A DNA stretch of 64,000 bases from Emiliania huxleyi CCMP1516 (taxonomy: Eukaryota), in contig NW_005202427.1 in assembly GCF_000372725.1 (NCBI RefSeq), forward strand, positions 434,001-498,000. Direction: 5' to 3'. This document shows positions 10,889-23,591 of this stretch, one piece after another. The position numbers were made by a program, and so were the translations under genes. Position 1 is the first letter of the stretch. Each line of letters opens with the position of its first letter. Under the pieces are notes generated by a model. It was not told where the DNA came from. It saw only the letters and a program-made list of their open reading frames with translations, and ran no database searches.

Positions 10889-11545
10889 CTGCTGCCGTTC
10901 GTCTTTTCGGCGGCAGTGGCAGCGGGGCGGCAGCGGCATAGCGGCGGTGCGCGGAGGCGGTGGCGGGCCGCTCGCCGCGAAAGTGCTCTCTACCGAAGTG
11001 GCATGGAAGTCAGGGAGGGACCTCACTGTCTGGCCTCTAGATGTCCTTCTCCCCTGCTCCCCAGCCGCAGCCCTAGCTGGCCTGCCGCTGCGTCGCCGTC
11101 GCGGTGTGTAGCCCCCATCGTTGGGACTAGTGTCGCTCTCCCTGAACTTCTGCATGTTAATACTTTTAAGTCCTCTCTCCTTTTTGTGGCCTCACTTGTG
11201 TAGGGTGGAAGGGGGGGGGGGTGAGTTTACAGTTTTGGAGAGTGCGGGGGGGGGGCGACCACCCCAGCCACGCTCTCCACCCCCGAATGTGGCCGGTTTT
11301 AGGTTTTACAGCGCAGGGCACTGCCACTCACTGGACACTGCAAAACGTTATGATTCTGGTCGTTATACGTTAATTGTTGTCAGTGTGCGGAGCAGCCGGC
11401 AGCCCAGCATGCAGCACCGCCACACTGTGCCAGTTACACAATTACCAGCCCGCTCTCTCGGCCGGCATGCCGGGGTCACTCTCAGTGTCTCATCAGACCT
11501 CCCCACACACCGCAAGAGAGTTCATCACGCCGTGGCCACAGACGC

Positions 11546-12365
11546 TCACAGGAAGGAGTACTTGACCTTGTTGCCCTCGGGCAGCGAGAACTGCTGCACC
11601 GGGCCCGACGGGCCCGCAAAGGCGCCCGCCACCGACGCGACCTGCTCGTCGGGCAGCGCGTCCGCCTCCGGCTCGTCCGCGCCGAGCGTGAGCTCGTCGA
11701 GCAGCTCCTCGAGGCCGACATCGGGGAAGTCGTCGTCCTCCGCCTCCTCGCCCTCGCCGTCGGCGTCGCCGCCGCTCGCCGCGCCCGAGGCCGCCGCCTG
11801 CGCCGCCGCCGCCGCCGCGCGCCGGTCGGCCTCCGGGTCGCGGTAGAGGTTGATCTGGGCACGCATCTCCGGGTCCTCCTCGAGATCCTGCATGAACTCC
11901 TCGTACTCGTGCTCGTACTGCGACGTGTCGAGCTTACGGCCGCGCTGCGCCGTCCACTCGGACTCCTCCTGCTCCTTGGCGAGGGACTGCAGCTTCCACG
12001 CGCGCCGGCGCGGCTTCCTCCGCCGCTCGGAGTAGCTCTTCTTGACGAGCAGTACCTAATCAGTCATTCACACCTCATTCCTCATTCACAACTAGTGATA
12101 CCTCATCCTTCCTGACGAGCAGCACCTCGGGCAGCTGGCCACACTCATGCTCGGACAGCTCGCTCGGCAGCGTGGACCCGCTGACCGCGTAGCCCCACAC
12201 AAAGTCGCCCACGCGAAGCACGTTGCCGAGGTGCGTCAGCGTGCGCACCGTCGTGTCGTTTGCTCCGAAGTCGTCGCGCCGCGCGACAGTCACCTCGGCG
12301 AGGCAAGTCGGCTCGCGCGAGGGCCCGTCAACCGGCGCGTCGCTCGAGGAGCGCTTCTTCTTCTT

Positions 12366-12412
<47 letters not shown>

Positions 12413-13830
12413 GCTGCCGCTCGCGCGGCGCCTCGATCTCGAGATCGAGGACGACGAACTCGGCCAGGCAGGAGCGGGTGAGGGCGGACGCGAACTGCTT
12501 CTTCCAAAATGTGAGCGGGAGCAGCTCGGCGGTGCGCATCGTCTTTGGGTCGATGAGGTGGACGATGTTGGACACCTGTGCACCGACCCGCCCCGCTCAT
12601 CGAGGGCTAGCTCACGGACCATCTCGCCATATCTCGCCATATCTCGCCATATCTCCCGAGGGCTAGCTCATAGGCCGCGTTCTCTCCCCACAGGGCCGAG
12701 GGGGTGGCGCGGCGCTGGTCACGCGCACAGCCGTCGGGTGGGCTGACCCTCTACCGCAGGCTCGCCTCGGGGCGGTGCCCATATCTCGCCATATCTCGCC
12801 ATATCTCGCCATATCTCGCCATATCTCCCCAGCCGGGACGCGCCTTGTTGCAAAGCATGAAGCGCGGAACCTGCCCCACCGTCGCCGCCGTGCTCGCCGG
12901 CAGCCAGAGCGCGTCGCCGCGGCAGATTGGCAGCAGCTCCACCGAGTAGGTGAACTTGTACCGCCCCTTCCCCGTGTGCGTGTCGGTCGAGATGAGCTGC
13001 TTGGATGTCTTGTACCGGGTCGGCGCGACGCCCTGCAGGAAGGCGGTCATCTTCTCGGCGTGCGAGCGCGCCTCGTAGAAGAAGTCGAGCCCGTCGCGCC
13101 GCTCGACGATGTTGATCGCGTCCGTGTGCGCGCGGTGCTTGAGGATGAGCTGCTCGATCCAGAAGAACGTCCGCTTGTGCTCCACCTTTTGCCGAACCTA
13201 CCGGCAGAGAGCGGCGCGCATTTGGAGGAGCGAGCGAGCGGAGGGAGGGGGGAGTGCGCCGGTTGGGCGCTGCGACGAGGGGGTGCGGTGCGAGGCGCGG
13301 TGGCCAAGTGCGGCTGGAAGCGCGGACACGGTGCGACTGGCGGCGCTGACAAGAGGCGGGGTTGCCGGCACCTGGCAGACGGCGACCCACGTGTCCTTGG
13401 CCTCTCGCCGCTGGCAGGTGCCGCACTGCTTGTTGCCGAGGACGTACTCCACCACGAAGGACTGCTGCAGCACCGCGCCCGCCACCACCTCCTGCTGCAC
13501 CGTCAGCTTGAGCTTGATGCGACGCGAGTGAGGCTCGGTCCAAACATACGAGGCGTCGATGAGCCGGACCTGCGTCAGCCCGCGCGGCTTCTTGAGCAGC
13601 AGCGCGAGGAGCTCCTTGGACTCCATGTCCACCTCCGCCCAGCTGCCGTCCCGCCGCTCGAACCGGTTGCAGCCGCGGCACGTGTTTTGCTGGACCTGCT
13701 TCGATACTCCTGCGCCGATGTCGTAGCGCTCCTGGAGACAGTTGACGCACATATTGACCGCGTTCGGCTCGATCACGACGGCGCACTGGCAGCAGAGGAT
13801 CTTGTGTGGCTGGTCCAGGATCATGGCCAT
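11546..13830 (-). CDS. NMD3: 60S ribosomal export adaptor NMD3 (multi-exon; introns include 13198-13371 and 12056-12125)
   Basis: ILCCQC..IEPNAVNMCVNC, LIDASYVWTEPHSRRIKLKLTVQ, VRQKVEHKRTFFWIEQLILKH, DLEEDPEMRAQINLYRD. Confidence 0.93.
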
Positions 13831-14140
13831 GGTTTTGGCCTGGGCCAAGGTAGGGAGCGTGCCGCGATCTTCGTCCAGGGGCAGCTGACTGCGTGTGCGT
13901 TGCTTGTGCTTGTCGCGTCGACGCGCGGATGAGGGTTTCTTTGAGCCGGTGTGGTTGCCAGTTCGCGCGCCAGTCCGCGCCCTTGTCGTGCCAGTGTGCT
14001 GTGAGAGAGGCTTGTATTTTAAGAATTCTTTTTTCAGCAGCAGGGCACGGGACCTCCCTTTACATATAAGCTGTGTTCCGTGTGTGTGGCCTCGTCGGCT
14101 GTGAAAAAAAAACGCGCGGTCGAGCTGGGAATAGATTCGC

Positions 14141-14279
14141 CGCAAGCGGCGTGGAGCGGTTGAGCATCCCTCCGGGGGCCCCTCTGCGCCGGGGAGGCGT
14201 TGTTGGAGGCTAGGACGCAAGCGTCCGTCGCCCTTTTTCAAACTCGGGGCCCACTCCGCTACGCTCCGACCCGAATTTG
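14141..14279 (-). repeat. Dispersed repeat module C (intact); a split copy lies at 55470-55515 plus 57434-57539
   Basis: Reverse complement caaattcgggtcggagcgtagcggagtgggccccgagtttgaaaaa...cctccccggcgcagaggggcccccggagggatgctcaaccgc matches both halves. Confidence 0.85.
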
Positions 14280-14514
14280 CTGCGGCAAAAAACGACGTGG
14301 CTCGCAGGCTGACCCGGGGAAGCATTCACGCATCACGGGTTCGAGTCGTCAAACAATTATTAAGCAGCGGAGGTGTGCCGAGCGAGGGGGGCCGGGAGGC
14401 GGTAAGTCGTCGTCGCCCGGGGCCCGGCGCTGCTTGCAGCACCATGGCGATGGCGCTAAGTAAGATGCTCCTCTTTTCCGCGCGCCCCCGCAAGGCGCGC
14501 GATACTGAGGGAGG

Positions 14515-14702
14515 GTGTAGAGGATGTATGTAGAGTGTAGAGCGCTGTAGAGCTGTAGAGATGTAGAGCGCTCTGGAGCGCTGTAGAGCTGTACCGTACA
14601 GGCTGTAGAGCTCTACATCCGCCGCGTGACGAGGCGCGTGCGTTGTAGAGCGATGTAGAGCGCGATGTTGCTGTAGTAAGAGTTTGTTGTAGAGGCTCTA
14701 CA
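14515..14702. repeat. Degenerate tgtagag(cgc) tandem repeat
   Basis: About 10 tgtagag units. Confidence 0.8.
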
Positions 14703-14937
14703 GCCAAACCGCCGGGAAGGCAGTGACTCAAAGTACACGTCGCTGTGAGCCTCGCACTCGCCCACCGGAAGGGGCTCCAGCAACGTCCAACGACACCCGA
14801 TACAGTACGACTGACAGTGATCCGGCGAACACCGGCGGTGAGTACCGGCACCATCGCACGGCACTCGCCTCTGCGGTGTTCGTGCGTCGCCCATCTCTCG
14901 GGGAGATGCCTGCTCTATTTATTTATCGGTTATCGCT

Positions 14938-17900
14938 CTATCGGCTATCGCTCGACAAGTCGACCTTCTTGGGCAGCAGCTGGTTCGAGTCAGCTCCGTG
15001 TCCTAGGCAGCCGGTGTCGCCCCCGCCCCAAGTAAAGACGGCCCCATCGCCGGTGAGGGCGAGGCTGTGGCGGACTCCAGCCGACACAGCGACAACGCGC
15101 TGGTCAGCAAAGGCCTCGACCTTCTTTGGCAGCAGCTGCTGCTGCTCATCGCCGTGGCCCAGCTGGCCACAACCTCCCCAGCCCCAGCTCCAGACGGCGC
15201 TGTCGGCGGTGAGGGCGAGGCTGTGAGCCAATCCAGCAGACACTGCGAGGACACGCTGTTGAGCCAAAGCCTCGACCTTCTTCGGCAGCAGCTGGCGCTG
15301 CCCGCCGCCGTGGCCCAGCCAGCCTTCCCCTTCACCACCCCAGCTCCAGACGGCGCCGTCGGCGGTGAGGGCGAGGCTGTGGCGGTCTGCAGCCGACACA
15401 GCGACCACGCGCCGACCCGCAAAGGCCTCGACCCTTTTTGGCAGCAACTGGTCCTGCCGGTCGCCGTGGCCCAGCACGCCATCGTCTCCCCAGCCCCAGC
15501 TCCAGACGGCACCGTCGGCGGTGATGGCGAGGATGTGGCCGTCTGCAGCCGAGACAGCGACCACGCGCTGGCCTGCCAAAGCCTCGACCTTTTTCGGCAG
15601 CAGCTGTTTCTGCTGGTCGCCGTGGCCCGGCCGGCCAAAAGCTCCACTGCCCCAGCTCCACACGGCCCCGTCGGCGGTGATGGCAAAGCTGTGTGCGAGT
15701 CCCGCCGAGACCGCGACGACGCGCTGATCAGCCAAGGCCTCGACTTTCTTGGGCAGCAGCTGGCTCTGCTCGTCGCCGTGGCCCAACCGGCCCCCGCCTC
15801 CCCAGCCCCAGCTCCAGGCGCTGCCGTCGGCGGTGAGGGCGAGGCTGTGGTAGGGTCCAACCGACACGCTCACGGCGCGCTCGCCGCCCAGCGTCGACGG
15901 GAGGCGGGTCGGCGTGTTGAGCCGCGTCACGCCCTCGCCGTGACCGAGCAGTCCTGGCCTCCAGATCTCAGCCGCCCCGCACGACGAGAGCCGCCCCTCG
16001 CCGTCGATGAAGAGGCTGTGCCGAGCGCCTGCCGCCGCCCTCGCCGGCGGGTTGGACTCGCGCAGCAACGCAGAACAGCACAGCCACCGCACGGCACAGC
16101 TCTCGCCCGCTGGCGGCGCCGGCAGCTCGAAGCCGCGCTCTTGCGCCCACAAGCGGATGCCTTCCTTCGCAAGCGAAGCGTGGAAGATGTGCGAGACGGC
16201 CGCAACGCGAGCGATGTCGGCGGGGTCGCAGCGAGAGACGACGCGCACGAGGAGCTCCGTGGGGAGGTCGAGGAGGCGGGTGGGTACCTCGCCCTCCGCT
16301 TCCACCCCTCTAGCAGGCCCCTCCTCGGCCCCATCTCCCGCGCTGCCCTCCCCTTGCGCGGGAGCGACGTCCGCCTCGTCCCGCTCGTACGCGATGCCGA
16401 ACTCATTGGCGCGCTTCCGGTCCACGGGGTAGAGGCGGCGCTGGTAGAGGAGGACGAGGAAGACGAGGTCGTCCCGCAGGCAGGCGACGCGGTGGGCGGT
16501 CGGCATCGCGACCATCAGCGCGAAGGCGTCGTCGATGAAGGTGTTGAAGGCCTTGTACGCGAGGACGCGCCACGGCAGGTGGGCGACGCTCTTCATCTGG
16601 CGCGAGGGGGGGCGGGGGAGCTCTGCCTCGAAACGGCGTGTGTACTTCCTCGGCGACGGCAGAAGCGAGGGGGCTGGTCTGGCGCAGGCGGGGGCACGGG
16701 GAAGGGGGATGCCCTGGGAGGGACCGAGGCCTGGATAGGGCGGGGGGGGGTTGAGCAGCGAACCGCCTTGCGGCTGAAGAAGATCTGGGGATCTCGGGAG
16801 ATCTCGGGCCATCTCGGGCCCTCTCGGCTCCTCTCGGCGCCTTGTAGTTGATGAAGAGCTGTGGCGTCATCGCGATGAAGCCGAAGAGGTAGATCGCGTC
16901 GGCCAGCGAGCCGAGCAGCCAGCTGTACCTGACAAGAGGGTGCAGAATCCAAGGGTGGGTGACTCGCCCCCTCGGAGGCGGGGCTGGCGGGAGGACGGCG
17001 GGGAAGCGGCGCGCCACGACGCGTGCGGGTAGTGGAGCAGCGCGTACAGCGCCCAGCCGACGACCAGCGGCGCGAGTCCCCACGTCAAGTGCCGCGTCGC
17101 AACCTCGTCGAACCGCTCCGTCGCCGCCTCGGCGCGCGCGCCCTCGCCGCCGGCGCCGGCGGCCGCGCCGCGCGCCCGCCGCCGCATCGCAACCACCTTG
17201 GTCAGCTTCCAAAGCTCGAGGGCGGTGGAGAAGGCGTAGGTAGCGAGGACGATCGAGTTGACGCCGTCGCCGTCGAGCAGGTAGAGGAAGATGACGAGCG
17301 TGGAGCCCGCGTTGAAGATGACGCCGCGCGAGGACAGGCCCCTCAGGTCCTCCCGCCCCTTCCAGAAGCCGACGTCGTTCCGGAAGGCGAGCGCGTCAAA
17401 GACGACGTGCAGCAGCCCGATCAGCTGCATCAGCGCGAAGCGGTAGAGGCGCTTCTCGGAGAGCAGCTCGCGTAGCTCGTCGAACTCGGCCTACAGGAAG
17501 GTTCAGAGCCAGGGTCAGGGAAGGGTCAGGGAAGGCACAGCTCGCGCAGCGCGTCAAACTGCCTCCATCCCGCTGGCCGCCTGCAGCGCGCCAAGCGCCG
17601 TGTGCAGCTGGCGCGTGGCGCGGTACCGACCGAGGGAGATGGGCAGCAGCCGCAGCCGCAGCCGAGGAGGCTCCTTGCCCACGTCGCTCGAGAGAGGCAG
17701 CGCGTGCTTGCCCAGCAGGCCGAGCTCGTCGACGTACAGCCGAGGCGCGTACACGCGCCGAGACCAGTCCACGCCGTTCGCGACCACGGCCCCGTCGCTC
17801 GGCAGCACCGGCCCGGCGTGCGGCGTCTCGTCGGCAACCAGCCGCAGCTCGAGGCTCGCCGCCGCATAGAGGTAGTGCGGCACCTCGCCCCGCTCGTTCG

Positions 17901-18402
17901 GCGGCGCGACGCCGCTCTGCTCGCTGGATGCGAAGGCGGCGGGGACGGCGGCGGCGGCAGAGTCGGAAGTGGCGGAGCCAGGCGTGGAGGAGGAGACGGC
18001 TGGCTCGGCGAGCAGCATGCGGGCGGTGCTGCGGCGTCGCGGCTGGCGGCGCGCGCAGAGGAGCGCCCGGGCGTGCGCGATTGGCTGCTGCTGACCTGCG
18101 AGCGCGATGGAGAAGTCGAGATGCAGCTCCTCTCGACTGCCCAGCCGCACCTCGGCCGGGACCGGGACAGCAAACGCAACGTCCTCGAGGCCTGCGCCGC
18201 TGCTCACACCGGCTGCGCTCCAGACGAGCCGCCCGTCGATGTGCGCCTGCAGGTCGACGGCGGCGCCGCTGCGCAGCAGCGGCTGCAGACAGGCGGCACC
18301 GCGGCACGGCGATGGGTAGAAGAGCTCGAGCAGCGTGTGCGAGAGGATCGCCACGTAGACGGCGAGCAGCGCGAGGAGGGCTCGGCCGCAGGTGAGGGCC
18401 AT
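14938..18402 (-). CDS. CLPTM1: CLPTM1-family membrane protein whose last exon runs in frame into F-box and ~7 RCC1 repeats; introns 17491-17562, 16929-17014, 16597-16840
   Basis: FDALAFRNDVGFWKGR, FGFIAMTPQLFINYK|MKSVAHLPWRVLAYKAFNTFIDD..MPTAHRVACLRDD..YQRRLYPVD.KRANEFG; then LLDLPTELLVRVV (F-box) and RCC1 repeats with no stop. Confidence 0.85.
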
Positions 18403-19176
18403 GGCGGAGGTCCGATAGGTGCGAAGGCTGGCCGCTCTTTGGCGGCTCCGAGGTTGTTGTTGTGCGCGTCCAGCCGCCCTGGCGTGCGAAAATAAGAATT
18501 TAGCCGGCAGAGTGGGACGACCGCGAGGTGGCATGAAGGTTGCAGCGAGAAGCGGCGAGAGACTGCGAAGAGAGAGGAAGAGGCGGACGCCCAAGGGTGG
18601 CGACAGCTAGCGCATCACACCCCTCTCCTTAAAATCCCCGTGTGGTGGCGGCGTGCCGTCCTCCCCATCCCTCCCCTGGGTTGTCCTTTTCTTTCTTTTT
18701 TTAGCAGACAGGCTCTCGCAGCCGCGCTGCACAATGTTCCAGCTCAGGAGGTCCCCCTGTGCTTCTCGCAGCTTTGTGCAGCGCAACGAGCGGGCAGCGC
18801 TGCACGAGGCGGACGCGCGGACCCACGGCGTGCTCAGCGAGCCGCGAGGCGGAGGCAGGCCGAGTGAGCGCGAGCCGCATCGGCGCCCATGTCCCGCGCA
18901 GCGGCGAGCGAGCGGCACGGAGGAGTGCAATGTCGCGCATTGCGAAACGGTTTTCCAGCGGTCCTTATTCCATGTCCGAACTTGGAGCACTTGGAGTGCA
19001 GTCATCAACCTCACATCCAGGGCCGGGGAGCTAAGAAGCGCGTGCGCGCAAATTCTCTTTGCCGTGATTTTAGTGCTACCCGGGTACAGCCCGGGCCAGC
19101 GCGCCAGAGACCCGTGCCCAGTGTCGTGCGAGGGAGCGTGCGCGGGGTGTGTCTGTGTGTGTGACGCGACAAGGGG

Positions 19177-20097
19177 ATGCTGGTCGCGCCTCCCTGCTCA
19201 GCCTCCTCCGCCCCGCTGCTGCTAGCCCGCGCCGCGCCGCGGCTCGCTCCGCCGCGGCTCGCGCTGCTCGCGCTGCCCACGGCCACCTCCGGCTCTGTGT
19301 GGGCCGTCGCCGCCGTTTCGGGCGGCGCCGCTGTCGCGGCGCAGCTCGGCCTCGTCGCGCTGCTCCGCCGTGCCAAGGGACGGCCGTGGCTGTCCGAGTC
19401 GCCCGGATTCGTCGCACACCAGGCCATCGCTCTCGTTTTCATGGCGATCGCCACCGCGGTCGGCGCGGCCGCGTGGCTCAGTCCGGCCGGCTGGGCGCTC
19501 GAGCCTGCCGCGCGCTTCCTGGCTCCGGACGGAACGACGCGCTTCCTCGCTGCGATGCTCTTTGGCGAGCTCGTGCTCTGGGACTTGCCGTGCGCCATCT
19601 GGATCAAGCAGCTCCGCCGGCCCGACTCGCTGCTGCACCACTTCGCGATGGCGGCCGTCGCGTTCAACGCGATGGCGCTCGCGCCAATCTACTACGGCGT
19701 CTTCTACCTCGGCCTCATCGAGGCGTCGACGCTGCCGCTCAACGCCCACGAGTACTTTGCGCACGCCGCGAGGACGCTCGAGTCGTTGCAGCCGGGAGCC
19801 CTCCCCGGCGCAGAGCGGCTGCTGCGCCGGTTCCGCGCGCTGCGGGACGGGTTCCAGGCGGCAGCCGCCGCCTCGTTCGTCGCCGTGCGCGGCGTCCTCT
19901 TCACCGCCGTCTCGCTGCGCCGCTTCTACCCCGAGGTCGCGCCGCTCCTCGCCTCGCCCGCCGCCGCCCGCCTGCGCGGCCCGCTGTGGGCCCACGCGGT
20001 GAGCGTGGGCGCCTTCAACGCGCTGCAGCTCTACTGGCTCGGGCTACTAGTCGCGTACACGGTGCGCAACGGGGTGGGCGGCGAGCGGCCGGACTGA
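19177..20097 (+). CDS. TLC (TRAM/LAG1/CLN8) domain membrane protein
   Basis: Several hydrophobic segments; LWDL..., LLHHFAMAA, YLGLIEASTLPLN, LQLYWLGLL. Confidence 0.8.
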   Translation: MLVAPPCSASSAPLLLARAAPRLAPPRLALLALPTATSGSVWAVAAVSGGAAVAAQLGLVALLRRAKGRPWLSESPGFVAHQAIALVFMAIATAVGAAAWLSPAGWALEPAARFLAPDGTTRFLAAMLFGELVLWDLPCAIWIKQLRRPDSLLHHFAMAAVAFNAMALAPIYYGVFYLGLIEASTLPLNAHEYFAHAARTLESLQPGALPGAERLLRRFRALRDGFQAAAAASFVAVRGVLFTAVSLRRFYPEVAPLLASPAAARLRGPLWAHAVSVGAFNALQLYWLGLLVAYTVRNGVGGERPD

Positions 20098-20419
20098 GAG
20101 AGCGCGACGCCGGCGGGGTGCGGGGCGAGGGGGGTGAAATTCTCAAAAAGGTGCAGCACTTCTAGCCGACATCGACAAAAGTCACTCTCTAGCCCCGCGG
20201 CGAGCGGCCCCGCCGAGGCGAAGAAATTTTTGCCATATTAACGCTCTGACCACACATTTTTGCATATAACCAAATCGACACCTCAAAAATAAGACTGGTT
20301 CACGCCTCGAGCGAGTAATGCGTCTGTAGGCCAATATAATACTTAATAGAGCTTCTCGCGCGCTCCTCAGCTGGCGGTCCGCAGGGCGAGAAGCGCAGGC
20401 CCGCCAGCCGCACCATGTG

Positions 20420-20776
20420 GTTCACGTATCACGATGATGAGCGTCTCGGCCGCGAGCAGCGTGTAGGAGCGAAGCTTGCCCTCGCACTCGCGTTGCTCGA
20501 GCCTGAGGCCACTGCGCCCTGACCACGAGATAGCCCACGCGGATGGTGTCGGTGTTGACGACCATGTCCTCGGCCAGCGTGTGCGCCTTCCCCTTGTGCC
20601 TTGAGCACCGCCAGCCAGTAGAGCCCCTCGAGCGACCATTCGCGCCGATCTGCCAGCTGCTTCGCCTTGAGCGACGCGGCCCACACCTCCAGCGACTCCA
20701 TCTGCCGCAGCTCGGCCGTCTCGCCTGCGGCACGCGGCGCCTTCTGCTTCTTGACCTTGCCAAAGACGGCGACCAT
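20420..20776 (-). pseudogene. Frameshifted coding fragment of unknown, possibly TE-derived protein
   Basis: Protein-like segments switch between frames (EGLYWLAVLK / AHTLAEDMVVNTDTIRVGYLVVRAQW / LRSYTLLAAETLII). Confidence 0.35.
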
Positions 20777-22473
20777 CTCGCAGTCCCCCCACTGAAGAGC
20801 AATGCACGGCGGGCACGCGCATGGAATACCGCGCTATGACAGGCGGGCCGGATGATCGGGATCGGGTTACGGGCCAGAATTTTTCTTGTTTATGGAGGAC
20901 GCACGCTCCCGTCCGCCTTTGCCGGAAAGTTGCGTGACGCTCTGCCACGAAGCTATGACAAAACTCGCATGCCTGGTTCTTCTCGCCATCACTGGGCGCG
21001 CCGCGGGCGCGTGCATGCGAGACCTCTGGGCCATCGCGTGGGGTCGTGCGGACACGGCCAGATACGACCAAGCGTACACCTCTGTGTGCGCCGACTCATC
21101 CTGCCGTGCCACGGCTCTAACCTTTTCCGGCGCGCTCCCCCAGGTTGGAACATGCAGCCGTAATCAAATCTTGTCTTGCGTCTGCGTCCTGATCGCAAGC
21201 GGCTTTTCGCCATCGGCTGTCACCAGCATGACCTCGGCCGGTGCCCTCGATGTTGATTTATTTCGCAGCATTCTTGGAGAGGGTCAGGGTGACGGCTCCT
21301 GCGCAGTTTTGTTGGAGTGTTTCGCTGGCTCTGCTGCGTGCGCAGCTGACTTAGTCACCCTTTGCGCTGACGACTCTACCACCTGCCTTCCGACCGCCAG
21401 CACCGGGAGTTCACCTTCACCCCCATCACGGCGTCCGGCGCGGGGGAGAAGTCGTTCGCTCCCCGCGAGACTTCCGTCCTGTCGCTCCCTCTCCTGTCTC
21501 TCAAGCATCCTTTTCACCACATCCAATTGCTAAAAATCTCTCTCTCTCCACATCCCGCCTTGGATCCTATTTTGCTCGGCAAAAAGAAAGAAAGATAACG
21601 GTCACGCCAAACGAGGGATGGGAGAAGGGAAACAGACAAAACCCAGTGGGATGGGCGCGTCAGCACGGCATTTTTCTTGTATCAGGAAGGTCCCCCCGTG
21701 AGGCGTCCGCCGCACAGCTGCCTTGCCGTTTGTGTGTGGGGACACGCCGCATGCGGTGAGCGTGGGCGCCCGGGGGGGGGGGCTTGAACGCCGCACAGGG
21801 CACAGCTCTACTGGCTCGCCCTCTCCCTCCTCCTCTCTACACACTGCACCCTCCCTGAAGGGCTCACCCCTTCCCCAGCCAGACTCAGTCGCGGTCACAG
21901 GCGCGGCATTAGCCACAGTTAACCCATTATGTACCTTGTACGCTGCTCCCACACAGAAGACAGTCTTGATAAATTAACATCAAGAAAACGGACAACCCAC
22001 TCCAAGTGCACCCTCAGAGACTGTGGAAACTTCACTTCATGACGGTTAGCCGCTGGTCATGACCGTTAGACGCTGTCACAACAGCTGGGAGCTGTCATGA
22101 CAGCAAACGCGACAGCAACAGTGACAACCTACCTGTCACCAGCTGTCACCAGCTATCATCAGCTGTGAGTAGCTGTCACCAGCTGTCACCAGCCAGGGCT
22201 GGTGGACTCCCACATCCACTGGCGGTCTCATCTCAGTCTAGCGACCTGCCTCCAGCTTGTCGCTGGCAGTCTCTCACTACCACAGGCACACTGACACAGG
22301 GGTGGCAGGGGCGGCGGCACGAGTCTCCCACATACTATGCGGGCCTCACTAGAGGTGCGGCCTGTGCGTGTCCTCGCCCTTGAGGGGGGAGGGGAAGGGG
22401 CTGTGTGTCTGTGCATGTGTGGTGTGTGTCGCCCGCGAGCATTTTGTTGCGTCGCAAGGTCCTCTGAAGATTC

Positions 22474-23065
22474 ATGGCGTCCGATCAGGCCACCGAGCCC
22501 GAGCCCGAGCCGACCGAGGACAGCAAGGGCCGCCCCTTCATGTGAGCGCGCGCGCGCGCCCGTCTCCCGCTCCTCGGCGCTGCTGCTGCTCGCCGCCGCC
22601 ACACCGCTGCCGCGCTGTCTGCGCGCTGCGTCGGCGGGGCTCCGCGCCAAACCTGCGGCCGTCCCGGCCCGCGCGCGCAGGTCCATGGCTGACGTGGAGA
22701 GCCACAACACCCAGGAAGACGTCTGGATGGTGATCCACGACAAGGTGTACAATGTCACCAAGTACCTGGACGATCACCCTGGCGGCGAGGAGGTGCTCAT
22801 GGACAGGGCGGGCCAGAATGCGACGGAGGACTTCGAGGATGTGGGCCACTCGAGGGACGCGCGCAAGCAGCTGGACAAATTCGAGGTGGGCGAGCTCGCG
22901 CCGAGCGAACGCGTGGGGAGCACCAGCAAGGGTGGCGGCGGCGGCAGCGGCGAGGGCGGCGGCGCGATGCCGCTCATCCTCGTGTCGGTGCTGGTCGCGG
23001 TGGTGGGCGCGGCATACTTTTATTACTCGCAGGAGACGGCGGCCGCCAGCGCCGCCGCCGCCTAG
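22474..23065 (+). CDS. CYB5: Tail-anchored cytochrome b5 (intron 22542-22680)
   Basis: HNTQEDVWMVIHDKVYNVTKYLDDHPGG..ATEDFEDVGHS; C-terminal TM segment; GT-AG intron keeps frame from ATG 22474. Confidence 0.92.
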
Positions 23066-23591
23066 TGCGAGTGATAAAATTATGGATGTCGCGCCGCCAC
23101 CACGGCTTCAATGGCACAGACAGGTGTACTTCTCGCTCGGGCGGCATCGATCGCGACAGGGTTGCCCTCTTGGGCCCCGGCGGACACTGCGCCAGCTCCG
23201 AGCTTGACTTCCCGGCGGCACACCGCCAGCTCGGAGAACAACCTACAACGTCAGCCAAGCGGCGTGTGTGTGTGAAGCGCTTCTTGTTTCATGTATCAAT
23301 TCTCTTCCTATCTGTAGAAGAGATTACGCGGAACACACTGTAACATGGGGTCCCGTACCAACTACCGTGCGGAATCGACCCTATCCAGGGCTCAACGTGA
23401 CGAGCGCGTAATTCTTCGTGGTATGTCATGGTGGAATTCTTTTCTGCGTCACCAGTCCCGTGCCCTCGTTCGTAAAATCCAGTCCTGTGTAAAAGAAAGA
23501 AAGAAAACAGAAAGCCGCATAGAATTCTTCTGGCAAGCTTGGGGGCCCCCCGGGACTCCCCGACTCGAGCTGTTACCTGTTTTGACGGGCG

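Noticed and set aside
9599..11155. Long antisense ORFs (also 1888-3387, 15067-16851, 50193-51749)
   Set aside because: Shadow frames of real genes in high-GC DNA, with no domain signatures.
20886..21533. Cys-rich ORF with a possible signal peptide
   Set aside because: No family recognised and splicing unclear; insufficient support.
22062..22191. cagctgtcac 10-bp repeats
   Set aside because: Short degenerate intergenic satellite with no evident flanking duplication or function.
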